Notes: generated by a model from the sequence alone, not told the origin. A stretch of DNA of 54,276 nucleotides from a virus (IMGVR_UViG_3300045020_000038:1-54276); one strand, 5' to 3'. Positions 46,001 to 54,276 are shown, numbered from the stretch's first letter. Numbers and translations are program-made.

Positions 46001-48107
46001 TGGAGATTTTAAGCAGATTGTAAAGGATAGTGAAGGTCGAGTGGTAGCAGTACTTGGACATAACAATCGTACTGCCCTTGGAGTTATTGCTAAGCGGTTT
46101 CAGGAACTACATCCGGATGGAGAGAATCTGGATATGGGTAAACCAATACTCCGTAAGGGTAGTGTAGATGATCATACCTTCAATGGCTTCATGAACATCC
46201 TGAATGAACTGTCCAAGACCAATGCAGATATTGATCGGATTGTACAGGCGTACCATGATACCCAGATGGCCAGCACTAACAAACTGAGCCAGATGGCTAA
46301 CCGGGGTAAGTTTAAATCTAATCCGGAAAATACCGTTGGTGGGGCAGAGGGAAGTAAACTTTGGCAGTCGATGCAACAGAATGCAATCGATGGTGGGAAA
46401 CAACAGTTGAAGTATCTAGATTCCGTGAATCGCTGGAGTGAGTTTCAACAAGCTATCAGCAAGGCTGAGAACTTCATTAAGGATCCTACTGTAGATGCAC
46501 CCAATGCTAAGGCTGTTAGTCAAGACTATCTGGACAACCAGATGCATCGGAACCTAGGTGATCTGAATAAGTTTACCAACAGTATGGTAAATGGTATTGC
46601 TGAAGTGACTGGTGTAGGTCCTACCCAAATGCGACAGATGGCTAACTTTACCAAGACTGGTTTGCTTAATATGTTTGTTGGTCTCGGGAAGTTCAGTCAT
46701 AGTCTTGTTACACTACTTCAACCGATCTTTGGTATTCCAATGGTGAATAGTGTAATGCGAGCTGATGGTGCTGCTTTTGGTAAAGCTAGTGTCTTGTCGA
46801 TCTTCAAATCTTTGATGTCGAATAAAGATATGTTGCAATCCCTGGCAACCAAACAACCCATTAGTGATCCATTTGTACGAGCAGCGAATGAGTATGCACG
46901 AGCTAATGATAGCTTCAATACTAGTCAGTTTAATATGGGTACCATTGCACATCAACCATCCAAACTGGGTAATGCTCTTCACATTAATGTGACTGTTCCT
47001 GAATCAGGTACTCGGGCATTTACGTATATGTATTATGCCCATATGCTGAAGGATACTGTTGGTGATCAGATGTCTGATAAGGAGATCTTTGGTACCGCCC
47101 ACAATGCTGTACAAAAAGTAATGGCGGACTATAGTCGAGAGGCAGCAGCACCCATGTTTAACAAGATGGGTTTCCTGGGTGATCTTACCCGGATGTTGAC
47201 GACCTTCAAGATGAATCAGATCAGCCAAGCAGCCACTGCAGGTAAGATGTTTGGTCAAGGCAAGGTAGGTCCGATGGTAACAATGCTTGCAACTAGTATT
47301 GCTGCTTCAGGAGTTCGTGGTTTTATTGGATACAACATTGCCAATGGTCTGTTGGGGCAACTTACCACATGGGCCACCAAACAAGGCTTAATGCAGCAAC
47401 CGACCAACTTGGATCAAATCCTATTGCATTCGCTTCATGGAGTGAATAAGGGTCTTGCAGATGCTCTGAATTTTGGGATGACATCGGGTCTTGGTATTGA
47501 TATGACAGGATCTCTGTCTCATGCGGATGACATTCCTGACGATCCTCTAGGGACTCTTTTGCCAGAAGGTAGTCCTGTGGCAAAGGTGGTGGGTTCTGTA
47601 GCGACTCTAGCAGAACATCCCAACAAGCAGAATGCGAAAGCGGCTCTGTATGATGCATTACCTAACTCTATGAAAGGGGTTATGGAGAATATGGCGTATA
47701 CGGATAAGAATGGTAATTACTATGATCCCCACACCGGGAATCTGGTAGCTAACCGCACACCCACTGATCAGATGAAACGGAACTTCTCATTCCGTCCGCT
47801 GGACGAAAGTAAGATGCGTCTGCAGGCTACAGTTGGTGCTGAACAGAATCAACAACTGGAAACAGTGAAGTCTGAGATTATTAAACGGGCTTTAAGTGAT
47901 TCCGATTCTGGTAGTCTTACCCAACAAGCTATGCATGATTATGCGAATAGGTATTACCAGGCTGGAGGAGATCCTACTGAACTAGCTAATAAACTAGCTA
48001 CTCATATGGGAGTTAACAAGCATCTCAACATTGAACAACGTGAAGCCGGTATGGCTAGTGGCCTAGCTGGTGCAGAACGTTATCAACGCGCACAAGGACT
48101 TAAATGA
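43008..48107 (+). CDS. large internal virion protein with an N-terminal lytic transglycosylase domain
   Basis: QETGG, SPKGATGSMQVEPATA, AYNMGPG, ET.AY SLT motifs; 1699 aa. Confidence 0.85.
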   Translation: MADLSQLSNDQLTQLYSITKQETGGASDKSTITSPKGATGSMQVEPATAGDPGFGVRPSDGSPEDTARMGRDYFLALSQHYKDPTTAAIAYNMGPGRTDKWLENGANPADLPTETLAYAHNFNQNTQQATQQQQPQAPQQQGGGDLSSLTDDQLKQMYKAPADDKNSLWNNIKGLGLQAANLAVAGIETPAILGAGAIGATGRALEGQPLAANLAKTVENVQKNYGQFSAEAGLNKAGIDTSGVQDTAGYQLPNEAMNYIGNTLPGQLAAAGTAGSPFSAAQTLSPSQQAVAKPALQLAELATPFLHRGGGIVAEGAGAPAEAAAKLAGDDAAAPSANQFTGPPRNAADFGPRRSIIVDSQGRAVFQGQEPTTEQLLADAAQRRAEAFMGPNAGPPAPARPSFPPNMGPNEGPQQMFPGNMGANEGPQIPNAQAFARGIMQPVEPNMGPQRPPITVDRQGVASTNLGNTQEQMALQGQQAGLEQAQRNAGLAQLQGQGELFPQGTEGQASPFNPNRLSEDYQQPFNPRNPTNLRQGQLDFTQAQTPDIFQVNREGEAGTPQQHEEVAPYRDATQRRMDDMSRQSPEQLDMFNPIDQRTFDQFGPNETPRSLNPDEFAETVQNLAAKDGTRFPLPEDMEGAYSRYLDTVRDDQGGLFDRATIAKKFVEAAADESKSRMVADHPIVKANQDRVNRLQASIDQAGGVAPPGMRDALAQAQRTLEKSQENIGKQMPKDPRLPYEKDGVVNMFTFGNLPEMFKSIGAVLKGLHGVVFKTLDRMIPASRNLDSFAKIAQQGIKNFVNREANRDWSQTVNEKPMDQLGKIPGMRNAVDSLNPHAQDDLSPEELKAQFNQATDLSDSKVGNFLRNNVLQGGLMLSDFSRHPLVKYTTDSVAKAFRSADKWARENLLNKQTGLGQMIKDMPLDHFTEIRTLMEANEGTREFTPSELKNRGFTDEQIKYYQRSLELQKEAFTKFNTGRQAAGLPPVTPRIAHIAGYFTGDFKQIVKDSEGRVVAVLGHNNRTALGVIAKRFQELHPDGENLDMGKPILRKGSVDDHTFNGFMNILNELSKTNADIDRIVQAYHDTQMASTNKLSQMANRGKFKSNPENTVGGAEGSKLWQSMQQNAIDGGKQQLKYLDSVNRWSEFQQAISKAENFIKDPTVDAPNAKAVSQDYLDNQMHRNLGDLNKFTNSMVNGIAEVTGVGPTQMRQMANFTKTGLLNMFVGLGKFSHSLVTLLQPIFGIPMVNSVMRADGAAFGKASVLSIFKSLMSNKDMLQSLATKQPISDPFVRAANEYARANDSFNTSQFNMGTIAHQPSKLGNALHINVTVPESGTRAFTYMYYAHMLKDTVGDQMSDKEIFGTAHNAVQKVMADYSREAAAPMFNKMGFLGDLTRMLTTFKMNQISQAATAGKMFGQGKVGPMVTMLATSIAASGVRGFIGYNIANGLLGQLTTWATKQGLMQQPTNLDQILLHSLHGVNKGLADALNFGMTSGLGIDMTGSLSHADDIPDDPLGTLLPEGSPVAKVVGSVATLAEHPNKQNAKAALYDALPNSMKGVMENMAYTDKNGNYYDPHTGNLVANRTPTDQMKRNFSFRPLDESKMRLQATVGAEQNQQLETVKSEIIKRALSDSDSGSLTQQAMHDYANRYYQAGGDPTELANKLATHMGVNKHLNIEQREAGMASGLAGAERYQRAQGLK

Positions 48108-48688
48108 ATACCAACAATCTAACTTATAGCCCGAACGGTTTTAAGCTCACAGAGCAATTCGAGGGTTTGTCCCTGACGGCTTACCAGGATGTAGCCGGTG
48201 TATGGACTAATGGTTATGGGAATACTCACGGAGTTGTTCCTGGTAGTACCATTAGTTTTCAACAGGCTCAGAATGATCTCGCGAGCAACATCGAAGGAGC
48301 TGAGTATGTTGTCAACCGTGTAGTTACTGTGCAACTCAATCAGAATCAATTTGATGCATTGGTGGATTTCGTATTCAATCTGGGAAGCGCTAACTTTCAA
48401 TCCAGCACCCTTCTCCGGAAGCTCAATGTGGGAGATGTATCTGGCGCTAGTGCTGAGTTTCCTAAGTGGAATCATGCGGGGGGTGTAGTAGTAGATGGAT
48501 TAACGAGACGAAGGCTCTCGGAACAAGCCCTTTTCAATACACAAGTGCTCGTGGAAAGCCCACCAAACACTACGACTGTATCTACTGGGATAGTAACCCA
48601 ACCAGTTGATCCAAGCCCTACGGTTACGTCGGTAGTTTCGGATATACAACAGGTAATCACTGATCTTCAAAATAAATTCTCCAGTTAA
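48104..48688 (+). CDS. endolysin, GH24 lysozyme with a C-terminal extension
   Basis: FEG.SLTAYQDVAGVWTNGYGNT, NQNQFDALVDFVFNLG, GLTRRRLSE. Confidence 0.93.
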   Translation: MNTNNLTYSPNGFKLTEQFEGLSLTAYQDVAGVWTNGYGNTHGVVPGSTISFQQAQNDLASNIEGAEYVVNRVVTVQLNQNQFDALVDFVFNLGSANFQSSTLLRKLNVGDVSGASAEFPKWNHAGGVVVDGLTRRRLSEQALFNTQVLVESPPNTTTVSTGIVTQPVDPSPTVTSVVSDIQQVITDLQNKFSS

Positions 48689-48718
48689 AAGAAAGCCGCC
48701 CTTAAGGCGGCCTTTTTT
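48686..48718. terminator. bidirectional intrinsic terminator between the convergent arms
   Basis: AAAAGAAA-GCCGCC-CTTAA-GGCGGC-CTTTTTT. Confidence 0.85.
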
Positions 48719-48851
48719 ATACTTCAACTACATCTTTATACCACAAAATCCGCAGGACTCCGAGATCCAGACAACCAATAAATCCCATCTGCTCATCTTC
48801 TACATATTCAATACCAAAAGCTAAACCATGAATAAACTGGAACACTATCAT
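48717..48851 (-). CDS. 44-aa hypothetical protein
   Basis: GGAG RBS; MIVFQFIHGLAFGIEYVED...DLGVLRILW. Confidence 0.65.
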   Translation of the reverse strand: MIVFQFIHGLAFGIEYVEDEQMGFIGCLDLGVLRILWYKDVVEV

Positions 48852-48881
48852 GTCGCTACGCTCCACCGCGATCTGCGTCGC

Positions 48882-50789
48882 TCATAAGATGTCACAACTC
48901 CCCGAAGTACAGGCGAACTCTTGGGCACCATTCGTAGTGTCTTCATTCGTCTCATAGTTATCAAACTCTACCCAAGGTATCTTTGGGAACGATGTTCGAA
49001 GTTCATTATACTTTTCCTCCGAGATATCCTGGTATGGCGCTTGTTGATATACGTGATCATTGTGAGGTAGGAAAGAGACTCCACCAATTTCATCCAGATG
49101 TTTATACACCCATGCACCAACTTCAAGCCACTCATGTTCCCTCACGTACACAGTAATACTTGGGTTATGCTCACACCAATGACGCTTAAAAGATAGGTAA
49201 TGTTCCAACTGTTGGATCGCAGTACGGTCCGATCGGTTAACACTACCAGCAGGAGCAGCCACTGGAAAAGAGAAAACAAGATTAGAGCTATTCGTAACGT
49301 CCACTTCATATGGGACTCCTTTCTCCTGCATGAATACTGCAAGTGGATCTTTTACATCAGCTCGGACAGTACGCACATAATGACTATTATGGCGAGGGTG
49401 GATCCCACTAGCAGAGTCCACCAACTGAGATACAGTGCCACTAGGCTTAACAGTAGTAATAGCAGCACTAGGATTAATCCCCAGCTTTGCAGCCCATTCA
49501 GCATTCGTTTGAATAGTTTCATTCTTTAGTCCGGTGAGTAGATCCGCAAGATCAGTGCCCCGATCATGGCCGCTAAGGATAGGATTATCCATAATGCCAG
49601 TAAGAGATACCCCCAACAAACGTTCGTCTTCCGCATTTACTTTCCATTGCTTTCGGATGTACCGGAAGTCTGTGAGTGTTGATTGGAACGTCCCAAGGAT
49701 TGTAGCGAGCCTAACCTTATCGACAAGTTCTTTGCTAGTATCCGATTGTCGGACAACGACTTCTGTAAGGTTACAAAAACCGAAGGGTCGGAGAATAATC
49801 TCCCCGCAAGGGTTTGTTCCAAAGTCGTGATCAACTTCTCGGCGTCCAGTAGCTGCTGCTTGCTTCTTTGCAGATACCCGGTTATATATTCCACGTTCGC
49901 CTGATTTGCTTTCATAGAGAGCATGCCATTCCTTCATAAAGATGCCAACATCGGGCTTTTCAGTATACGCTACAGAATTATTGGCAAGAGCGCGGTGAAC
50001 AGAACCATCCCACCAAGCACCATTCTTGGCGTTCCGCATACGTTCATCCGTGAGATTAGACAGGCTAATGAGGGCGCTACGACGAACCCCACCAACCACA
50101 ACCACCTGTGCCACTTTACATACCAGGTCATGACATTCTATTGAGTTGAGCTTTCGGCCCAAGGCACCCTTGAATAGTTGCTTAGTGAAGTTGAATAGTT
50201 CCACCAAAGGAGCAGGACCACTTGCTCGGCCTCCGAAAGTTTTGAGGCGCGCTCCTGAAGGTCGGATTCGGTCAACATCAAGTGACGGAGATTGTCCTGA
50301 ATAAAGGAGGGCGATGAGTTGGCGAAATGCCGAAGCCCAACCCTGCTTAGAATCTGCGACAACAATATTTGTTTCCGAATCGTAAATGCGCTCCGGAACT
50401 TCTGGAAGTTTATTAATGTATTGTCTTTCAACACTGAATCCTACTCCAGTACCATTCATTAGAATGTACATGATTTCATCGAAACACTTCTGATCCTGAA
50501 TAGGAATATAGGAACAGTTATATCCTGCGATGTTATCCCGTTCAAGAGCCGGACCAGCCGTCATCAATGCCCGCATACTGGGCATTACCTCCAGACCATG
50601 AATAGCAGTATAAATACTATCATAGGGGAAAAGATCGCCAAACCTATTAGCCCAGAAATCACAATACCGCTTAACCGTTTCATGCCAATGTTCCCTTCGG
50701 CCTTCTTTATCTAGCCACCTTGCGTAGCGGCTCTTATACACATAGTGTTGTAGATCGTTCAATATTAATATGTCCCTTTCCAATACCAA
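48882..50789 (-). CDS. nrdJ: class II (B12-dependent) ribonucleotide reductase (start probably TTG about 50762)
   Basis: MPSMR, YNCS, GGVRRSA, TNPCGEI, FCNL, TVKPSGT, C-terminal CTSGSC; no beta-subunit gene present. Confidence 0.9.
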   Translation of the reverse strand: MVLERDILILNDLQHYVYKSRYARWLDKEGRREHWHETVKRYCDFWANRFGDLFPYDSIYTAIHGLEVMPSMRALMTAGPALERDNIAGYNCSYIPIQDQKCFDEIMYILMNGTGVGFSVERQYINKLPEVPERIYDSETNIVVADSKQGWASAFRQLIALLYSGQSPSLDVDRIRPSGARLKTFGGRASGPAPLVELFNFTKQLFKGALGRKLNSIECHDLVCKVAQVVVVGGVRRSALISLSNLTDERMRNAKNGAWWDGSVHRALANNSVAYTEKPDVGIFMKEWHALYESKSGERGIYNRVSAKKQAAATGRREVDHDFGTNPCGEIILRPFGFCNLTEVVVRQSDTSKELVDKVRLATILGTFQSTLTDFRYIRKQWKVNAEDERLLGVSLTGIMDNPILSGHDRGTDLADLLTGLKNETIQTNAEWAAKLGINPSAAITTVKPSGTVSQLVDSASGIHPRHNSHYVRTVRADVKDPLAVFMQEKGVPYEVDVTNSSNLVFSFPVAAPAGSVNRSDRTAIQQLEHYLSFKRHWCEHNPSITVYVREHEWLEVGAWVYKHLDEIGGVSFLPHNDHVYQQAPYQDISEEKYNELRTSFPKIPWVEFDNYETNEDTTNGAQEFACTSGSCDIL

Positions 50790-50903
50790 TAACCATTAAA
50801 TTCTTTCAGCTTAATATAAGGAAGCAAATCAGGATAAGGAAAGCGAGGTGCTTTAATTACAAAGTAACTATGTCCCATCCATTGTACTTCCCAGAAGTAG
50901 ACT

Positions 50904-51101
50904 TCAGTCTTCTTGGTCTTCCAGTTTAGACGCTGGGCGATTGGAAGTATCCTTGCCTTCAAGATATTCTTCCAGAATTTCTTTAACTTTAGCATTGTGA
51001 ATATAGTTCCGTACCAAGAAGTCCTTGATTAGTTCATCCGCTTCAGAATCCCGTACTTCATTGGTCATCTTTCGTTTCGTCTTGAAATCAGTCTTCTTCA
51101 T
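50904..51101 (-). CDS. hypothetical protein
   Basis: packed operon; start uncertain. Confidence 0.55.
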   Translation of the reverse strand: MKKTDFKTKRKMTNEVRDSEADELIKDFLVRNYIHNAKVKEILEEYLEGKDTSNRPASKLEDQED

Positions 51102-51279
51102 CTTCGTCGAAATACTCCAGAAGCTGGTCATACTTTTCGATTACCTGGTCTGCTAGAAACTCCACCAATTCTTCACTGGTAATATCCAGCAGTTCTAGAA
51201 TGGTTAGCTCGTCAAGCTGACTCAGCCTCTCCATCATTTCCTGCAGTGTTCGTTCCGTTATTGTCATTTTTGTAGTCAT
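51088..51279 (-). CDS. acidic hypothetical protein
   Basis: LDELTILELLDITSEELVE; GAGG RBS. Confidence 0.75.
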   Translation of the reverse strand: MTTKMTITERTLQEMMERLSQLDELTILELLDITSEELVEFLADQVIEKYDQLLEYFDEDEED

Positions 51280-51565
51280 CTTCCTCGTAGTACATATCTA
51301 ACCCCAGCGCAGAACCAATGGTATATTCCAGGGTAGCCCCCGCACTCTCTTGCCATCCAATAAGCATATACATCGCTTCACAATGAATCAGTGCCTCGAT
51401 ATCCTTGATCATACATTCTTTCCAATCCGCTTTTGGATCTGGATTAATGTCGACCGGATTGACAACCTCCCACCCATCATATCGTAGATCATCTGCCACA
51501 GAATTGAAGGCATCAAAGTTCATACCTTCGTAACCAGTCATCGGTCCAGCAATATAGATGCTCAT
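51212..51565 (-). CDS. DUF4406 / nucleoside deoxyribosyltransferase-like protein
   Basis: IYIAGPMTG, VVNP, GWQESAGATLE. Confidence 0.85.
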   Translation of the reverse strand: MSIYIAGPMTGYEGMNFDAFNSVADDLRYDGWEVVNPVDINPDPKADWKECMIKDIEALIHCEAMYMLIGWQESAGATLEYTIGSALGLDMYYEEDDYKNDNNGTNTAGNDGEAESA

Positions 51566-52116
51566 TACTTGTCCTCAATCGTATAATGTTTGGGGAATTT
51601 ATCCTTATGATTATTTTTTATCTTTTTTACCAAAGGAGTATATTGTTCAATCAATTTCTGATATCCTTCTCCCCTCGTCTGACGATCATCTACAAGTTTT
51701 CCAGTACTTTGTGCATCTACCAGAATAGCCAGACAAGCCAGAGCATGAGCAAGGTGAGGAACCCCGCTGTCATCAGCATTATCCTCTCCTTCAAACCAGG
51801 CATCCAGATGACGCTTGCAGGCATCCACATAAATACTAGAACGCACACCAGCATGCCTCCAATTGGAGCGCCCATATTTACACATCCCGTCGAGTAGACC
51901 TAGAGTACCAAATATAGTAGCACTAGCGGGCCATAGATGAAGAGGTAGTTTATCACTACCTATAACATCTTTTGGATTAGAAGGTTTCATCAAAAGATTC
52001 TGACCCTCTTGTTGGTTACTCCATTCAAGGAGTTCTAGTTCTTGAATGCCCATATTAATATGCGGTAATGACCAAAGGTTTATCGGTGGCAGCTTTAAGT
52101 TTTTCCAGTCTATCAT
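51565..52116 (-). CDS. DUF5664 dATP/dGTP diphosphohydrolase-like protein
   Basis: NPKD.IG..KLPLHL, G..KYGRSNW, RHL.AW.EGED, HLAHA. Confidence 0.85.
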   Translation of the reverse strand: MIDWKNLKLPPINLWSLPHINMGIQELELLEWSNQQEGQNLLMKPSNPKDVIGSDKLPLHLWPASATIFGTLGLLDGMCKYGRSNWRHAGVRSSIYVDACKRHLDAWFEGEDNADDSGVPHLAHALACLAILVDAQSTGKLVDDRQTRGEGYQKLIEQYTPLVKKIKNNHKDKFPKHYTIEDK

Positions 52117-52297
52117 TTAGATCCAGGATAGCCATAGAGAGAACATGAAATGTGGTTGCATCAGCTGTCTGCCAATCTTCTAGATCCTTGGCATACACCA
52201 GAGCTCCCCCAGCCCCATGCATCAACTCTTCAATCCGTTTATAATCGGACGCATCCATGCGTGCCGAACGAGCTGTGCTCTTATCAGTTTGATCCAT
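52055..52297 (-). CDS. hypothetical protein
   Basis: GGAG RBS before ATG 52297. Confidence 0.6.
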   Translation of the reverse strand: MDQTDKSTARSARMDASDYKRIEELMHGAGGALVYAKDLEDWQTADATTFHVLSMAILDLNDRLEKLKAATDKPLVITAY

Positions 52298-53051
52298 ACT
52301 TACGCTCCAGATAGGGGAGACTAATAAACATTTCATCGAATTCGCCGTCATCTACTTCATTGAGCATAAAGGCACCTCGCCAGTGTTTATTACCCTGTGG
52401 TCCTAGATAATCTTCATCATGTTCATAACATGAACCTGCAATGATCGATGCGATACGCCGACCATCTGCCCGGTATCCATAAGCTACCTGTCGACCTTGT
52501 TGATGGCCTGCAATACAACTCATGTGTTTTTTGTTAAGAGTGAGTTGAGCACTTGAGATAGGACGGTTGCTAACACCGGTGACAAAATAATGGCTGTAAG
52601 CAATACCATCAATAACAACCACGTCAAGAAACGGGTGTACTTCCCACCCATAATCGCTGTAACCCAGGTCATCGACACTAATAGTCCCATCGAGTTTAGG
52701 ATCACCATTAACCACGCGATCAATTCGATTCTCGTGGTTACCGAGGGTAAGAACCATTCGAGGCTTGTACTGACGTTTACCATTCTTTCGCTGCCTATCG
52801 TTGTGTTCCTTAATAGGCTTCAGAAGGTGCTCCATTGCTTTATGGCTTGCTTCCACGTCAGCGATATACCGACGGCCTTCGAACGCCTTTTTACCAATAT
52901 CGTAGCTAGACAAACTAGCCATATCGGCGAAGTCCCCAATATTAATAATAATATCAGGCTGATGGTCACAGATATAATTACCAATTCGTGTAAGATAATC
53001 ATAACTGTGACCAGGTTTTACTTGACAATCTGGCAAAATAAAATGTCGCAA
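52284..53051 (-). CDS. calcineurin-like metallophosphoesterase
   Basis: PDCQ, GDFAD, LGNHE, SHY, GHQQ. Confidence 0.9.
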   Translation of the reverse strand: MRHFILPDCQVKPGHSYDYLTRIGNYICDHQPDIIINIGDFADMASLSSYDIGKKAFEGRRYIADVEASHKAMEHLLKPIKEHNDRQRKNGKRQYKPRMVLTLGNHENRIDRVVNGDPKLDGTISVDDLGYSDYGWEVHPFLDVVVIDGIAYSHYFVTGVSNRPISSAQLTLNKKHMSCIAGHQQGRQVAYGYRADGRRIASIIAGSCYEHDEDYLGPQGNKHWRGAFMLNEVDDGEFDEMFISLPYLERKYGSN

Positions 53052-53053
53052 GA

Positions 53054-53245
53054 TTATTGCTCCGTGTCGGGCATTTCGTAAATGTCGAAGCCCTCATGTT
53101 CTAGTGTTGAAACAAAGGGAACTGCACCAGCTTGTATGATAGCTTCCATCCCCATCTCAATCACAAACGCTAGTTCCTTTCCTTCGAGCACTCCTTGGAA
53201 TACTACACTTCCATTATCTTTTTCTGTTACATGCTTAATGTGCAA
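53054..53245 (-). CDS. hypothetical protein
   Basis: TTG 53245 behind GGAGGT; MHIKHVTEKDNGSVVFQG... Confidence 0.75.
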   Translation of the reverse strand: MHIKHVTEKDNGSVVFQGVLEGKELAFVIEMGMEAIIQAGAVPFVSTLEHEGFDIYEMPDTEQ

Positions 53246-53609
53246 ACCAGACCTCCGGAATCGTGTCGATTGTTGCCCATTCAATCCCATGCTTATCACA
53301 GTACTCACCGTATGTAGTCTTGGAGACTCGGCTCAGCTTATTATTGGGATTCTGGAAAACGAGATAGACCGTTACTTCAGGATGCTGTTCCCGGATATGT
53401 AGGTGCTTGGCTCTATCTGCTGCTCGCCACAGACCTTTGGTTTCTATATAGACGTTCTCTTTTATTTTCCAGTCTGGGTTATAGGTATGTTCTACCAGAT
53501 ATTTCAGCTTGTTAGTTTCATATTCTAACTGAGGATATCGGGTGTGAAACTCCTGCTCAAATTTACTCTTGTACGGTAAGGTCGAGACTCGTTTCTTTTT
53601 GCGTGTTAT
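53235..53609 (-). CDS. T7 endonuclease I-like Holliday junction resolvase, ATA start (absent from the ORF track)
   Basis: (I)TRKKKR...YKSKFE...LEYE...HTYNPDW...YIETKG...VFQN...KTTYGEYCDKHG...IPEVW; AAGGGGGG RBS; no ATG/GTG/TTG anywhere in the frame. Confidence 0.9.
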   Translation of the reverse strand: MTRKKKRVSTLPYKSKFEQEFHTRYPQLEYETNKLKYLVEHTYNPDWKIKENVYIETKGLWRAADRAKHLHIREQHPEVTVYLVFQNPNNKLSRVSKTTYGEYCDKHGIEWATIDTIPEVWFAH

Positions 53610-53754
53610 AGTAGCCCCCCTTGAGCCACGTACATGGGAAACGATCCAGACCTGCTAGATAGTATCCGATGTAGGGTCGTTCAATTCCTGCGATGAAGTC
53701 TGTGATGACAACCTTGCTGCCTGCTCGGCTAGTTGTGTAAAGTGGATAGCCCAA
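53563..53754 (-). CDS. hypothetical protein overlapping the exonuclease and endonuclease genes
   Basis: 63 aa, RPYIGYY...FPCTW..GG.Y...SLDL; covers the exo-endo gap. Confidence 0.55.
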   Translation of the reverse strand: MGYPLYTTSRAGSKVVITDFIAGIERPYIGYYLAGLDRFPCTWLKGGYYNTQKETSLDLTVQE

Positions 53755-54149
53755 TCGTCGTCTTCCTTTCGCCAGATATAAAGTAATCGTCCTTGTCTCA
53801 ATAACCTTTCATCATCATTGTACAAAGTCTGTACAGCTTGAAACATATCGATTTCATCCACGAGATCATTGATAATCTTGGCGGATTTAACTGGACCGAT
53901 ACCACCAACTCCCCGAATCCCATCAGCAGTATCACCAGTAAGCAACTGCCTATAGAAAGAACGGAGTCCATCAACAGGAGATACCAGATCGTATTCATTC
54001 CGCCGCCAATTGTAATGATGTCCCGGAACCTGTTTCAGATCTTTGTCAATACTTGCAATGATTGTTGTTCCGTCCACGCTTTGAGACTGTGCAATACCGA
54101 GAGCATCGTCAGCTTCGATGATAGTGGTAACTCTGGCACCGTAGGTAGC
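53655..54149 (-). CDS. 5'-3' exonuclease, C-terminal part
   Basis: EADDALG, SIDKDL.QVPG, QLLTGDTADGIRGVGGIG. Confidence 0.92.
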   Translation of the reverse strand, partial: ATYGARVTTIIEADDALGIAQSQSVDGTTIIASIDKDLKQVPGHHYNWRRNEYDLVSPVDGLRSFYRQLLTGDTADGIRGVGGIGPVKSAKIINDLVDEIDMFQAVQTLYNDDERLLRQGRLLYIWRKEDDDWAIHFTQLAEQAARLSSQTSSQELNDPTSDTI

Positions 54150-54276
54150 GACAAGATATGCATTCGCATCCTGTCGATATCTCGGCTGAGGCTTTCCCTT
54201 ACGATTAGCTTTATACTCTGGATCAACAGTATATCTGAATTGGTCAGTTCCGGTAATGTAACACTCATACTCAGTA
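54150..54276. repeat. duplicate of 1-127
   Basis: exact match. Confidence 0.95.

Noticed and set aside
51565-52116. Z-base (2-aminoadenine) genome system
   Set aside because: No PurZ/adenylosuccinate synthetase-like gene was recognised anywhere in the genome.
53609-53657. Genome-wide TAG reassignment
   Set aside because: Long genes are intact in the standard code, and other TAG stops (9568, 19613, 20238) behave as real gene ends.
54150-54276. Biological direct terminal repeat
   Set aside because: It is exactly 127 bp, a common assembler k-mer, and lies inside a continuous exonuclease ORF, so it is best explained as a circular overlap.
1-54276. Prophage or temperate lifestyle
   Set aside because: No integrase, repressor, partition genes or flanking host genes were recognised.

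Overview
This looks like a complete genome of a lytic, podovirus-type dsDNA phage, about 54,149 bp. Bases 1-127 repeat exactly at 54150-54276, an assembly overlap that interrupts the 5'-3' exonuclease. Two arms diverge from a non-coding control region at about 23.55-24.15 kb. The minus-strand arm carries early genes, a phiEco32-type amidoligase/ATP-grasp/glutamine-amidotransferase cluster, primase, helicase, a split family A DNA polymerase, SSB, exonuclease, endonuclease I and nucleotide-metabolism genes including a class II RNR. The plus-strand arm carries terminases, portal, a GroES-like protein, scaffold, capsid, tail fibres, tailspike, holins, adaptor, nozzle, internal virion proteins and lysozyme. 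The arms meet at a terminator near 48.7 kb. I saw no integrase, RNA polymerase, sigma factor, tRNA or CRISPR array. Best leads: (1) a glycine-cleavage-H-like protein whose lipoyl lysine is replaced by Asp, downstream of the peptide-ligase cluster; (2) at least five genes (helicase, endonuclease I, tail nozzle, post-portal gene, Zn-finger gene) that appear to start at ATA/ATT/ATC/CTG behind good Shine-Dalgarno sites; (3) a polymerase split just before motif A, with two coupled micro-ORFs in the gap; (4) a repeated promoter with an atypical -10 element; (5) a three-member CCG-motif paralog family. Functional calls come from motif recognition by eye, not database searches.
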